Origin: Patescibacteria group bacterium
Lineage (GTDB): Bacteria; Patescibacteriota; Microgenomatia; UBA8517
NCBI GenBank assembly: GCA_041499035.1
Contig: JBGQJK010000004.1
Location: 1-63,686, forward strand
Reading direction: 5' to 3'
DNA: 63,686 bases
The stretch's first letter is position 1; the number at the start of each line of letters is the position of its first letter. A program made the translations under genes and the position numbers. Shown piece after piece: positions 15,677 to 25,012 of this stretch. The notes under the pieces were generated by a model, which was not told the DNA's origin, did not search any database, and saw nothing but the letters and a program-made list of their open reading frames with translations.

Positions 15677-17407
15677 ATGGTTCTTTTACTGCTCTTTGCG
15701 CTTCTGTCCGGTCTTGCAACAATCCTGGCACCCTGCATCTGGCCTGTTCTACCAATTGTCTTATCATCATCAGTTGGGGGAAAAGGACACAAAAGACCGT
15801 TTGGAATTACCCTCGGCGTAATGATTAGTTTCGCGGTATTCACACTTGCGGTTTCCACTCTGGTTAGGGTCTTTCATCTTGATCCAAATATTTTAAGAAT
15901 TATTGCGGTTGTCATAATCGCATTTCTCGGGCTATCCATGGTTTTTCCTCCCCTCTATGCAAAATTTGAAGTTCTGGTAACACGGATTGGAAATGTTTTT
16001 GGAGGAAAAGTTAAAGAAGGAAATGATTTCTTACCGGGGTTTATTACCGGTCTTTCGCTTGGAATTGTCTGGTCACCCTGCGCAGGGCCGATTTTGGCAA
16101 CAATTGCGACACTGGCGGCAATGGGAAAGGTAAATTTGGATGTTGTGCTGGTCACTATTGCCTATGTAGTTGGAGTTGGTATTCCTCTTTTTATTTTTGC
16201 CTACGGTGGCCAACAAATAATTACTAAACTAAAAGGAGTTTCCAAATATACCGGGAAAGTCCAGCAGATTTTCGGGGTTATCATGATCTTGGCAGCAATC
16301 GCAATTTATACTAATTACGATCAAACCTTGCAACTGCAGCTACTGAACACTTTTCCGGCACTGGGTACCGCAGTTAACGGTTTTGAGAATAGCGCCCCGG
16401 TCGTTACGCAGTTGAATATTCTAAAGGGCGAGTCCCCTGCCGCGCTACAAGATACGGCTGGGCTCTTTAATACCAACGTCCCTGCTCCGGAGTTTACTGG
16501 GATAACCAACTGGCTGAATACCGATAAAACGATCTCCTTGAAAGACTTGAAAGGAAAAGTTGTCCTGGTCGATTTTTGGACTTACACCTGCATCAACTGC
16601 ATTAGAACTCTCCCGCATGTAACGACGTGGTATGACAAATACAAAGACCAGGGTTTTGTGGTAATCGGAGTTCATACTCCTGAGTTTCAATTTGAACATG
16701 AGACCAAAAACGTAGAAGCTGCAATCAAAATGTATAATATCCACTACCCTGTGGCTCAGGATAATAGCTATTCAACCTGGAATACATACAGCAACAATTA
16801 CTGGCCTGCGGAATACTTAATAGATGCCGAAGGACGAATAAGGCGTACCCACTTTGGCGAAGGAGAATACGACCAAACAGAGATGGCCATTCAGGAACTT
16901 TTGAAAGAGGCAGGAGACAAAGTCCGGGCCCCACTTACAAACATGCCTGACCAAACACCGATAGAAGCAATATCCCCGGAAACTTATTTAGGAACGGCCA
17001 GGATGCAGTATTATTTCCCTAACGGGACCGTTAATAATGGCAACAATATATTTACCCTATCCGACAGCCTTACCCCCAACTCGTTCAGTTTTGGCGGAGA
17101 ATGGAACATTAGTCCTGAGGAAGCCATAACCGGCAAAAATGCCGTACTTAACTATAATTTTACTGCTAATAAAGTTTATATAGTCATGCGGCCCGGCTCC
17201 GCAAAAGCTCCAAAAGTAAAAGTGTTTGTCGACGGAAAGCCAGTGGATATAACAAACGCGGGAGCCGACGCCACGGGCGGGGTTATTACAATAGACGGCG
17301 ACAGGCTTTATAACCTAATCGATCTACATGGAGCTTCTGGCAATCATGTTCTCAAGCTTGAATTTGAAAACGTGGGGGTCGAAGCCTTTGCCTTCACTTT
17401 TGGCTAA
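15677..17407 (+). CDS. DipZ-type protein: CcdA/DsbD transmembrane domain fused to thioredoxin-like domain and C-terminal beta-sandwich
   Basis: The N-terminal polytopic domain carries conserved Cys (LAPCIWPVLP, WSPCAGP). The redoxin domain has WTYTCINCIRTLPH. The C-terminal ~170 aa resembles the mycobacterial DipZ architecture. Confidence 0.8.
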   Translation: MVLLLLFALLSGLATILAPCIWPVLPIVLSSSVGGKGHKRPFGITLGVMISFAVFTLAVSTLVRVFHLDPNILRIIAVVIIAFLGLSMVFPPLYAKFEVLVTRIGNVFGGKVKEGNDFLPGFITGLSLGIVWSPCAGPILATIATLAAMGKVNLDVVLVTIAYVVGVGIPLFIFAYGGQQIITKLKGVSKYTGKVQQIFGVIMILAAIAIYTNYDQTLQLQLLNTFPALGTAVNGFENSAPVVTQLNILKGESPAALQDTAGLFNTNVPAPEFTGITNWLNTDKTISLKDLKGKVVLVDFWTYTCINCIRTLPHVTTWYDKYKDQGFVVIGVHTPEFQFEHETKNVEAAIKMYNIHYPVAQDNSYSTWNTYSNNYWPAEYLIDAEGRIRRTHFGEGEYDQTEMAIQELLKEAGDKVRAPLTNMPDQTPIEAISPETYLGTARMQYYFPNGTVNNGNNIFTLSDSLTPNSFSFGGEWNISPEEAITGKNAVLNYNFTANKVYIVMRPGSAKAPKVKVFVDGKPVDITNAGADATGGVITIDGDRLYNLIDLHGASGNHVLKLEFENVGVEAFAFTFG

Positions 17408-17471
17408 ATTTAGCCCCCTATTCATGGTATAATCAGATATCAACAACTCGCTTTCGTTAAATAGGTTAGTT

Positions 17472-17612
17472 ATGGCGTTGAGGCTAAAAGGGGGCAGGGT
17501 GGATAAGTATTACCTTCAGGAATGGAATAAAAACAAGCATGCAATAGTCTTCCTGAATGGCTGGTTTGGAGGCAAAAACATCCGCGAGGCTATAATTAAG
17601 GCCCTTGCCTAA
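17472..17612 (+). CDS. 46-codon small ORF, possibly a remnant of an alpha/beta-hydrolase N-terminus
   Basis: ATG at 17472 to TAA at 17610-17612 (MALRLKGGRVDKYYLQEWNKNKHAIVFLNGWFGGKNIREAIIKALA). An extended -10 TGGTATAAT lies at 17425-17433. The ORF is below the track's length cut-off and has only a weak SD. Confidence 0.25.
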   Translation: MALRLKGGRVDKYYLQEWNKNKHAIVFLNGWFGGKNIREAIIKALA

Positions 17613-17636
17613 GGCGAGGCTGTATCCTGTAGTTAT

Positions 17637-17665
17637 TTGACTTTCAGACTTTAGCCTGGTATACT
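17637..17665 (+). promoter_or_regulatory. sigma70-like promoter giving a ~175-nt leader for the DEAD-box helicase gene
   Basis: TTGACT (17637-17642), exactly 17 nt, then TATACT (17660-17665). Confidence 0.55.
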
Positions 17666-17768
17666 ACTACATAATAGGCAGATTTAAGGAATAGATCTGC
17701 TTAAAGAGAGATAAAGGTACCTCAGTATATTTAATTTATTGTATCTTTTTCTTCACACGAGATACGTT

Positions 17769-17804
17769 ATCACGTAAGGTGTCACCATCACGAAAAGTGT
17801 CACT
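17769..17804 (+). repeat. tandem 18-nt direct repeat in the helicase leader
   Basis: atcacgtaaggtgtcacc / atcacgaaaagtgtcact are 15/18 identical. A T7 run and TATAAT (17810-17815) follow immediately. Confidence 0.6.
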
Positions 17805-17848
17805 TTTTTTATAATCTATTTTGTTTTAAGCAGTTCTATTCCCATAAT

Positions 17849-19051
17849 ATGTATAACCGATACAACAACAGGCGAGGCGGAGGCAGTAGATCGAGCTTCC
17901 GTGGCAGACAATTTGGCCGCGGGAGTGGTTTTGGTGGACGCAGGATAAAGACTTTTGACCCGAGCCAAATAGTTAACCTTCCACCGAGACCTGAAGTGCT
18001 TGAAAACTATGTAGTCAACCATCAATTTTCCGATTTTCAAGTTTCTGACGCAATCAAAAGGAATATCGCATCAAAAGGCTATATAACACCTACCCCAATT
18101 CAAGATCAGGCAATTCCACCGATACTTGAAGGACGCGACCTGATTGGCATGGCAAATACAGGTACAGGTAAAACCGCTGCTTTTTTGATTCCTTTAATTG
18201 AAAAGGTATTGAAGGATAGAAATCAAAGAGTCTTGATAGTAACACCTACAAGAGAGCTTGCGGCCCAGATCAGAGATGAATTTTATTCGTTTTCAAACGG
18301 ACTTCAAATGTACTCAGCCCTTTGCATTGGCGGCGCCAATATGTGGAGGCAAAAAGAAGACCTAAAACGTAATCCCAATTTTGTAATCGGTACTCCCGGA
18401 AGACTTGAAGATCATCTTAGATCAAGAAGCTTGAATCTGACTTATTTTGGCTCGGTTGTGCTTGATGAGGCAGACCATATGGTTGATGTTGGTTTTCTTC
18501 CGGCGGTAAGAAATATTGTCTCAATGTTGTCGCCAAACAGACAATCACTATTTTTCTCTGCCACAGTGGATGCTAAAGTTGCCGGCATCTTGCACAGTTT
18601 CGTCAGAAATCCTGTAACCGTTTCAGTTAAGACAGGCGATATTACATCGCAGGTTAAACAGGAAATTGTCAGAGTTGTCGGTCCGAATACTAAAATCGAG
18701 GAGCTCCATAAACTCCTAATCCAGGATAGTTTTGAAAAAGTCCTGATTTTCGGCAGAACCAAACACGGTGTACAAAAGCTTTCCGACAATTTAATTGAAA
18801 GAGGTTTTAAAGCCGACGCCATTCACGGCAACAAAAACCAAAGTCAAAGGGTCAGAATTTTGGACAAATTCAAAAGGGACGATATTAATATTCTGATCGC
18901 AACGGATGTGGCTTCCCGCGGGCTGGATATACCGAACGTAAGTCATGTTATAAACTATGATTTACCGGAATCATACGAAGCCTATATTCATAGGATTGGG
19001 CGCACCGGCCGCGCAGACAAAAAAGGTATTGCGTTAACGTTTGTGGAATAA
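17849..19051 (+). CDS. DEAD-box ATP-dependent RNA helicase with N-terminal Arg/Gly-rich extension
   Basis: Motifs present: Q-motif region PTPIQ, ANTGTGKT, PTRELA, DEAD, SAT, ARGLDIP and HRIGRTGR. The N-terminal 37 aa is RGG/FG-rich. Confidence 0.9.
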   Translation: MYNRYNNRRGGGSRSSFRGRQFGRGSGFGGRRIKTFDPSQIVNLPPRPEVLENYVVNHQFSDFQVSDAIKRNIASKGYITPTPIQDQAIPPILEGRDLIGMANTGTGKTAAFLIPLIEKVLKDRNQRVLIVTPTRELAAQIRDEFYSFSNGLQMYSALCIGGANMWRQKEDLKRNPNFVIGTPGRLEDHLRSRSLNLTYFGSVVLDEADHMVDVGFLPAVRNIVSMLSPNRQSLFFSATVDAKVAGILHSFVRNPVTVSVKTGDITSQVKQEIVRVVGPNTKIEELHKLLIQDSFEKVLIFGRTKHGVQKLSDNLIERGFKADAIHGNKNQSQRVRILDKFKRDDINILIATDVASRGLDIPNVSHVINYDLPESYEAYIHRIGRTGRADKKGIALTFVE

Positions 19052-19057
19052 GAAGAA

Positions 19058-19558
19058 TTAAGGTTTAACCAGGTGCCAGACACCGCCAACCCCATCTCCC
19101 GTAACGTCTCCCGCAACTTTGTCTTTGGCGTAATAATACAGAGGCATGCCCTTCCAGGCAAACTGGGTTGATTCGTCGCTTCTTGTTATAACATTTATAT
19201 TCGCCGGGAATGATCCCTGAGCTGCCGCGCCGGAGCTGTATGCCGGCCAAGCTGCCAAGCACCCCACGCTACAATTACTGACCCCTGTCGTATCCTTATC
19301 ATAAGTATAAAGGGTCATTCCGTTAAAATCCGCCAAATAACTACCTTTTGTAGAATCTGTTTTCGTAGTATAAATATTATCCGATGGGGCCATCGCGCTT
19401 GTTGGAGAAGATGTATCAGTTATTGTTTGCGTTGCCGGAGCGGGGGTGGCAGTCATACCAAGCATGGCTTTTATTCTATGACGCCCAAGATATCCGAGTA
19501 CTAAAACTACAACGACCAGAACTAGTACAAGGAACCAATTCTTTTTAAGTATTTCCAT
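19058..19558 (-). CDS. secreted COG4315-type protein (two Yx[FWY]xxD repeats)
   Basis: TM/signal, then GMTLYTYDKD...C...CLAAWP and GMPLYYYAKDKVAGDVTGDG..GVWHLV. Confidence 0.6.
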   Translation of the reverse strand: MEILKKNWFLVLVLVVVVLVLGYLGRHRIKAMLGMTATPAPATQTITDTSSPTSAMAPSDNIYTTKTDSTKGSYLADFNGMTLYTYDKDTTGVSNCSVGCLAAWPAYSSGAAAQGSFPANINVITRSDESTQFAWKGMPLYYYAKDKVAGDVTGDGVGGVWHLVKP

Positions 19559-19590
19559 GCCAGTAATCGTAAAGAACCAGCGCTATTTTG

Positions 19591-21180
19591 TCAAGGATTA
19601 ACAATATTAGTTACGTCTGTAAACTCGTAAAGATTCCCTAGATCCTGAAAAATATAATTTTTATCCGGTAACAGCGGAAGCCCTGTGTTAAAATAGGCAT
19701 TGAGAACAACTCTAAAAACGTTTACCGGAGTTATATTTGGATTAAAAGACGTAGTCGTTACTCCCGGCAGGTAAAAAGCGGCAAGAATAGGAAACTTTTC
19801 CTTAACTATAGTGGCCGAGGCAGACTTCCAGTTATCCGCAGGGTTAAGTTGTTCATTTAGAAAAGGTACTCCTTCGTCTGTCAAAAGAATTATTACAGGA
19901 GGATTTTTAGAAGTGGAAATGATTGTTTTGATCACAGATTCCAGGTTCTTATTAGTACAGCCTGTTTGATTAACATAATTTTCTATTTCCGTTCTCTGTA
20001 AGGTTATACCCTTATCGACAACTTCGCAGTTCTTCCCAAAAACATATGGTTCATGCGGGGCGATGATATGCGCAAAAATAAATTTAGGACCCGGGATATC
20101 TACTATTTGAGGCAGTTTATTAAACTGGTAAATTAGTCTTTGCCGATCATCATCATCCGAATCGCCTATGGCCTCAACCGGAATTATTTTATTTAAAATA
20201 GTGGACAGGGCAGTAGAATCCGCCAGATTGTAAAGAAACGAGTCAATACTTATTCGCCCGTCTGCCTCAATCGTAAAATTATCATCGGCCGCAGGGTCGT
20301 ACTGTGTAGGGCCCCACCACGAGCCCATTTGGTAGTATTTATAGCCGTACTGTCTTAAGAACTTCATGACATTATTACTGTCTATCAAGCGATTAACAAT
20401 TGTAAAGTCCGATGAGTTTTTATATTTTGAAAGATAATCCAAATACTCCATGTTTAGCATTGAGGCTAAAGACTCAAAGGTTTTTGGATAATTTGAGGTG
20501 GCGCCATTGGCAATATAAAAACCGGTCTTATTCAGGAATCCGGTAAAAGCGGATTCATCGTAGTTAAAATAATTTTTATAAACGCTTGGCGCGGCATCGT
20601 CTTCCGGCTCAATAAAGTAGATATCCGGAAGTTTACTTTTATCTACCGCTTGGACTGAAACCTTGGGCAAAACCAAAGGACTTTTTACCGCGGGTAGAAT
20701 CATTCTTTGGAACTGCTTCCAGAAAATCAGAGAGAGTGAGATCGCAAAAATTATTAAACCCATCTTTAGAAAAAAAGTCCTGACTTGTGTCAAGTTTTTT
20801 TCTGTTTGCTTGAGTTTCAAAAAGAGAATAACTAAAACACCAGCCGAGACAAAAATTTGAAAATCTTCTTTGCCAAAGTTTATTTTTCCGGCAGTAAAAA
20901 TCAGGTTCCAGGAAAGGTTGGAGATTGCGCTATAGGAAAAAAACAAGACAATGAATACGGAAGAAAAGATCTCCGCCTTTACGTCGTCTTTTAGAAAAAA
21001 CTTAAAAATATAAAAAATTATTGGGATAAGAACAATAATAGCTCCCAAAGGCAAGAAAATGGACTTTATATAAACCTCATTAAACCACGAGTAGAACTGC
21101 GCAAAAATAAAAGATAGTGAAAATAAAAGGGGGATAAATGGAAAGTAGAATATTCGTACATGCTTTTTTATTTTTTTCAT
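19591..21180 (-). CDS. polytopic membrane protein with C-terminal sulfatase/alkaline-phosphatase-superfamily (LtaS-like) domain
   Basis: About 5 N-terminal TM helices. The extracytoplasmic domain contains PDIYFIEPED..., FIFAHIIAPHEPYVF and VIILLTDEG, typical of the sulfatase-like transferase fold. Confidence 0.5.
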   Translation of the reverse strand: MKKIKKHVRIFYFPFIPLLFSLSFIFAQFYSWFNEVYIKSIFLPLGAIIVLIPIIFYIFKFFLKDDVKAEIFSSVFIVLFFSYSAISNLSWNLIFTAGKINFGKEDFQIFVSAGVLVILFLKLKQTEKNLTQVRTFFLKMGLIIFAISLSLIFWKQFQRMILPAVKSPLVLPKVSVQAVDKSKLPDIYFIEPEDDAAPSVYKNYFNYDESAFTGFLNKTGFYIANGATSNYPKTFESLASMLNMEYLDYLSKYKNSSDFTIVNRLIDSNNVMKFLRQYGYKYYQMGSWWGPTQYDPAADDNFTIEADGRISIDSFLYNLADSTALSTILNKIIPVEAIGDSDDDDRQRLIYQFNKLPQIVDIPGPKFIFAHIIAPHEPYVFGKNCEVVDKGITLQRTEIENYVNQTGCTNKNLESVIKTIISTSKNPPVIILLTDEGVPFLNEQLNPADNWKSASATIVKEKFPILAAFYLPGVTTTSFNPNITPVNVFRVVLNAYFNTGLPLLPDKNYIFQDLGNLYEFTDVTNIVNP

Positions 21181-22580
21181 TTTTGCAGTTTACTTTTCAT
21201 TAAATAGATTACCCTGTTCGAACCGGCTATTTTGGCTTTTTCTTTGATGAAAAAATATTTTGAGAATTCCAACTCAAAATTGTCCTGATCATAGTACGGA
21301 AATATGTCTTCACGTAGGGTAAGGAGGAGTTTTACTTGTGAATCTTCTTTAGGAACAAACTCAATGATCAAATTTCTGGTGTGCTCTGCAAAAAAATTCG
21401 CCAACATAACTAAGGGTAGATTATTTGCTATCGCCAGATGATGAATCAGTGCCAGCGCAAGTATTACATCGGGTATACTTCTATCAAAAAAAGAGCTTCT
21501 CTCCTCTAAATTCCATCCAATTCCCGGGCTTGGCTTGACCAAATCAATGAAAAGAGGCAAAATCTTTGTTTCTTTATTCTTCTTAACTCTCAAATAATTA
21601 CTTTCAACTACCGCATAGTCGTTGTCAAAACTCAAAGTGAAGGCTCCGATCCCAGCGGATATCTGACTAAAAGTTCCATCGTTCGCGCCTGCATCCCAAA
21701 CCAGCTTTGGTTTAACTTGCTTTAAATACTTCTTGACCAAATCCTTCTTTGACTTCATCGCCCTTGAAGAATAATTATTAATCTTGTCTTCTTCCGAATA
21801 ATAAGAACTCCAAACAGTATTCTCCCGGGGAAGCTTTAGATTTTTAATTGCAGACTCAAGATTATTTATAAGTTCTCTCATAGCATTAAGACTCATGCCG
21901 ACAGTTTTTGAGTTATTTTTTAACGAAAGATTATTTCTGATTTTTTGGCTTTTCGCCTGGGCAAAAATATGGAGTAGTAGTGTTGGATTAAGTTTGGCGG
22001 CAAAGGGCAGTAGTTTAGCGGTAAGATCCAGTGGAATTGAACCCACACCAGGAATAAGCATCTGAGAAAGCCTTGCATCCTTATAGACCATCAGAGCTAA
22101 CGGGGCAAGAAACTGTTCGCAAAACTGTCTATAGGCAACCCAGGGTACCCCTTTTTTATATTTTTCAAAAGACAAAGTATCTATAAATGTCGGTTTTCCT
22201 TTGTAAAATTGAATATTAAAACTTGTTGCGTCCTTAAGGCTCATTCCATGTTCAAGCGAAATTTTCTGTATCTCAAGAGTTAAAAGGGCGGCATCTTTGA
22301 GCTGACTAAAACACCATTCATACGGATAGGAAATGAATGGAATTTGAATAGGCTTTATCACCCGCCCCCCAATTTCTTTGTGCGGAATCAAAAGTCCTTT
22401 TCTAACAAGGGCTTTATATAAACCCGAATTAACAAGGAGGGCGTAATCTTCTTGATAGGTCTTATTTATCTGGCGGAATACTTCACCATCTTTCTCAAAC
22501 ACAAATCCACTCGGATCGCGGTAAGATGAGGCAAGGTTATTCCTTTTCATTTTCCGTAGGTTGAGACTTTTTCGACTCAT
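21177..22580 (-). CDS. class I SAM-dependent methyltransferase with N-terminal extension
   Basis: N-terminal SYRDPSGFVFEKDGEVFRQI and the SAM motif I VWDAGANDGTF. The start may be the internal ATG at 22550. Confidence 0.65.
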   Translation of the reverse strand: MSRKSLNLRKMKRNNLASSYRDPSGFVFEKDGEVFRQINKTYQEDYALLVNSGLYKALVRKGLLIPHKEIGGRVIKPIQIPFISYPYEWCFSQLKDAALLTLEIQKISLEHGMSLKDATSFNIQFYKGKPTFIDTLSFEKYKKGVPWVAYRQFCEQFLAPLALMVYKDARLSQMLIPGVGSIPLDLTAKLLPFAAKLNPTLLLHIFAQAKSQKIRNNLSLKNNSKTVGMSLNAMRELINNLESAIKNLKLPRENTVWSSYYSEEDKINNYSSRAMKSKKDLVKKYLKQVKPKLVWDAGANDGTFSQISAGIGAFTLSFDNDYAVVESNYLRVKKNKETKILPLFIDLVKPSPGIGWNLEERSSFFDRSIPDVILALALIHHLAIANNLPLVMLANFFAEHTRNLIIEFVPKEDSQVKLLLTLREDIFPYYDQDNFELEFSKYFFIKEKAKIAGSNRVIYLMKSKLQK

Positions 22581-22767
22581 TGCCGCTAAAAATGTTTTTA
22601 AACCACTTTATTATGGATTTTAAGTAAAAAAGCGCTCCCAGTGCTCCCGCAATCAATAGTTGAAAAAGGTAACTTGCCGACCCGGGATCGAGATAGGCTT
22701 TTACAGGCCTCGGGAGAACCAGGGCGATCAGGAGAATAAACACAATAAATTTTAGATATTTCTGCAT
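22537..22767 (-). CDS. small membrane protein (YLDPGS motif)
   Basis: 76 aa with a signal-like helix, AYLDPGSASYLFQLLIAGALGALFYL, and a basic/acidic tail. Overlaps the downstream methyltransferase start. Confidence 0.4.
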   Translation of the reverse strand: MQKYLKFIVFILLIALVLPRPVKAYLDPGSASYLFQLLIAGALGALFYLKSIIKWFKNIFSGNESKKSQPTENEKE

Positions 22768-22839
22768 GGCTAGGCTCAGGTTAGTTTCTATTACTTAAAT
22801 AAGACTGAGAAATGAACACCATATTGTAATTGAGAACAT

Positions 22840-24027
22840 TCAGGAACTCAATTGCGATTTACTGCCTGGGAGAAAGAACTGAAGCGAAAATATCCCCAGA
22901 AAAACAAATACCGCGGCGGTAGCAAAAACCGTTGCGTGGCCAATCCTATCATAAATTTGTCCTGCCGTGATGCTGGCAATAAGCCCGCTTATACCGACAA
23001 TTGTGTTATACCAACCCACCGCCCCGGCGCGCAAATTTTGGGGAGCAAAATCTATTGCGAAGGCTTTGCCAACCGCCCTAAAAATTCCCTGGTAAACTCC
23101 ATATAAAGCAAACAACAGCGCAATAACCACAAAACTTTTAGTTACCGCAAAGCCCATTAGTGAAATTAAGAAAGCAACAAACGCAAAAATTAAAACATTT
23201 TTCCTGCCTAATTTATCGGACAAAAAACCTGACGGGTATGAAACGACTGCCGCAACCAAGTTAAAAAGGGCATAAATCAAAATTGTTCCAATCAGAGGCA
23301 CCCCAATGTTCCTAGTTTGTAGAATCATAAAGCTGCTGCTGATATTCCCTATTCCAAAAACGGCTGTCACGCCCAGATATTTCCAATAAGTCTTAGGAAA
23401 TTTAAAAAGGACCGCATTCAGTTTTGATTTGGCAGAATAGGTTGCAGCCTTTTCTTTCACAAAAAGTATCATTATCAAGGCCAGAAGTCCCGGAATAATT
23501 GCCAGATAAAAAATTGAGCGGATATTTACTTTAAAATAAAAAAGCAAAACCACAGCCAATATCGGACCCAAGAAAGCTCCCATATTATCCCCTATTCCTT
23601 CGAGTCCAAAAGCTTTGCCGCGGTTTTTTTCGTCGGCGGAATTGGCAATTAGAGCATCGCGGGGGGCTGATCTGATCCCGGATCCCAAACGGTCGACTGA
23701 ACGTGCTGCAAAAACACCCCACCAATTAGTCGATAAACCAATAAATGGTTTACTTAGTGCCGCCAGAGCGTAGCCAAAAATTGCAACAGGTTTTCTCCTT
23801 TGAAGTTTGTCTGATACTGCTCCGCTTACACCCTGAATAATATTTTGCATCGCAACCGCTACCCCTTCTACTATTCCTACGACGGCTCCACCAGCACCCA
23901 GTACCTGCGTAAGGAAAATAGGTAAAACCGGGTAAAGCATCTCCGTACTTATATCTGCAAAAAGGGAGGTGAAAGTTAGAAGAAATGTGTTTTTGGTTAA
24001 GCCGGAAAAGTATTTTTTCTCAGCCAT
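22840..24027 (-). CDS. MFS transporter
   Basis: About 12 TM helices, with a GAVSDKLQRRKP loop 2-3 motif (D-R/K-x-G-R-R/K-like) and a repeat in the second half (LSDKLGRKN). Confidence 0.8.
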   Translation of the reverse strand: MAEKKYFSGLTKNTFLLTFTSLFADISTEMLYPVLPIFLTQVLGAGGAVVGIVEGVAVAMQNIIQGVSGAVSDKLQRRKPVAIFGYALAALSKPFIGLSTNWWGVFAARSVDRLGSGIRSAPRDALIANSADEKNRGKAFGLEGIGDNMGAFLGPILAVVLLFYFKVNIRSIFYLAIIPGLLALIMILFVKEKAATYSAKSKLNAVLFKFPKTYWKYLGVTAVFGIGNISSSFMILQTRNIGVPLIGTILIYALFNLVAAVVSYPSGFLSDKLGRKNVLIFAFVAFLISLMGFAVTKSFVVIALLFALYGVYQGIFRAVGKAFAIDFAPQNLRAGAVGWYNTIVGISGLIASITAGQIYDRIGHATVFATAAVFVFLGIFSLQFFLPGSKSQLSS

Positions 24028-24062
24028 AGTTAAGGTAATGGTATCATAGTTGTTGAGCTATT

Positions 24063-24680
24063 ATGAACTACGACGAGCTGGCAAGCAAAGAGTCTGTGGA
24101 TAGCACTGTTAAAGCTTTAGAAGAAAAAGGCTATTCCGTTTTTGCTGTAGAAAACGGGCCGGAGGCATTGGCAAAAATAAAAGAACTGATACCGGAAAAG
24201 GCCTCTGTGGTAAACGGTACCTCAAAGACGCTGGAACAAATCGGCTATTTGGACTTCCTAAAGTCGGACAAAACCGGATGGAATAACTTGCTGGCAAAAG
24301 TTACTGCAGAATCTGATCCCCAAAAAAGGCGTGTTTTAAGAAGACAGGCCACTATTTCAGATTATTATTTAGGCAGCGTTCACGCGCTTACGGAGGATGG
24401 TCAAATGGTGATTGCCAGTAACACCGGCAGTCAGATGCCGTCAATAACATTTAATTCATCAAATCTCATATTTGTTTTAAGCACAAAAAAAATAGTTCCA
24501 AGTCTGGATGAAGCCATGAAGCGGTTGGAAGAACATGTTTTTCCACTGGAAGATAAGCATATGAAAGATATGGGAGCGCCGGGAACAATGCTAAGTAAAG
24601 TTCTAATTTTTAAACGCGAAAATCCAATGCTTGGCAGAAAAGTAAATATAATTCTGGTTAGTCAAAATCTTGGCTTCTGA
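24063..24680 (+). CDS. LUD (lactate-utilization C-like / DUF162) domain protein
   Basis: Size and pattern fit YkgG/LutC-like LUD proteins: ...GSVHALTEDGQMVIASNTGSQ...NLIFVLSTKKIV. Confidence 0.55.
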   Translation: MNYDELASKESVDSTVKALEEKGYSVFAVENGPEALAKIKELIPEKASVVNGTSKTLEQIGYLDFLKSDKTGWNNLLAKVTAESDPQKRRVLRRQATISDYYLGSVHALTEDGQMVIASNTGSQMPSITFNSSNLIFVLSTKKIVPSLDEAMKRLEEHVFPLEDKHMKDMGAPGTMLSKVLIFKRENPMLGRKVNIILVSQNLGF

Positions 24681-24765
24681 CTTATTCACGCCGAAACGTG
24701 GTATAATGATCTCAGCTTGAACTAAAAAAGTACCGCAAAACTTAATTCTTCAGGTCACAAACTAA

Positions 24766-25005
24766 ATGGACTCCTTTAATACAACCATTTGCGTAAGATG
24801 CGGTAAGCAAAGAATTGTTCTTTCCGTAATGGAGGAAAAAGTTGGAAATAGCATCATTACCACCACGGAAACGATTTGTCCCGATCCTGAGTGTCAAAAA
24901 AAGGTTGCCAGTATGTTGGGGATTGAACAGGAAAAACGTCATCAGTCTTTTCTTCAAAAACAGGAGAGAATGACTTCCCGGAAACCCGCAAGGACTTCTA
25001 ACTAA
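24766..25005 (+). CDS. small zinc-ribbon protein, hypothetical
   Basis: CVRCGK...CPDPEC forms a four-Cys ribbon. An extended -10 (TGGTATAAT) lies near 24700. Confidence 0.45.
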   Translation: MDSFNTTICVRCGKQRIVLSVMEEKVGNSIITTTETICPDPECQKKVASMLGIEQEKRHQSFLQKQERMTSRKPARTSN

Positions 25006-25012
25006 AGGAGAA

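Noticed and set aside
17408-19057. Change in dominant gene orientation (mostly plus before ~19 kb, mostly minus after) as a replication terminus/dif region.
   Set aside because: The bias is not clean, with minus-strand genes at 1570, 4528 and 6751 and plus-strand genes later. I could not find a dif-like XerCD site in the gap. GC skew cannot be judged by eye.
24742-24957. Minus-strand 71-aa ORF overlapping the zinc-ribbon gene 24766-25005.
   Set aside because: The plus-strand frame has the Cys4 ribbon and an upstream extended -10. The antisense translation has no features.
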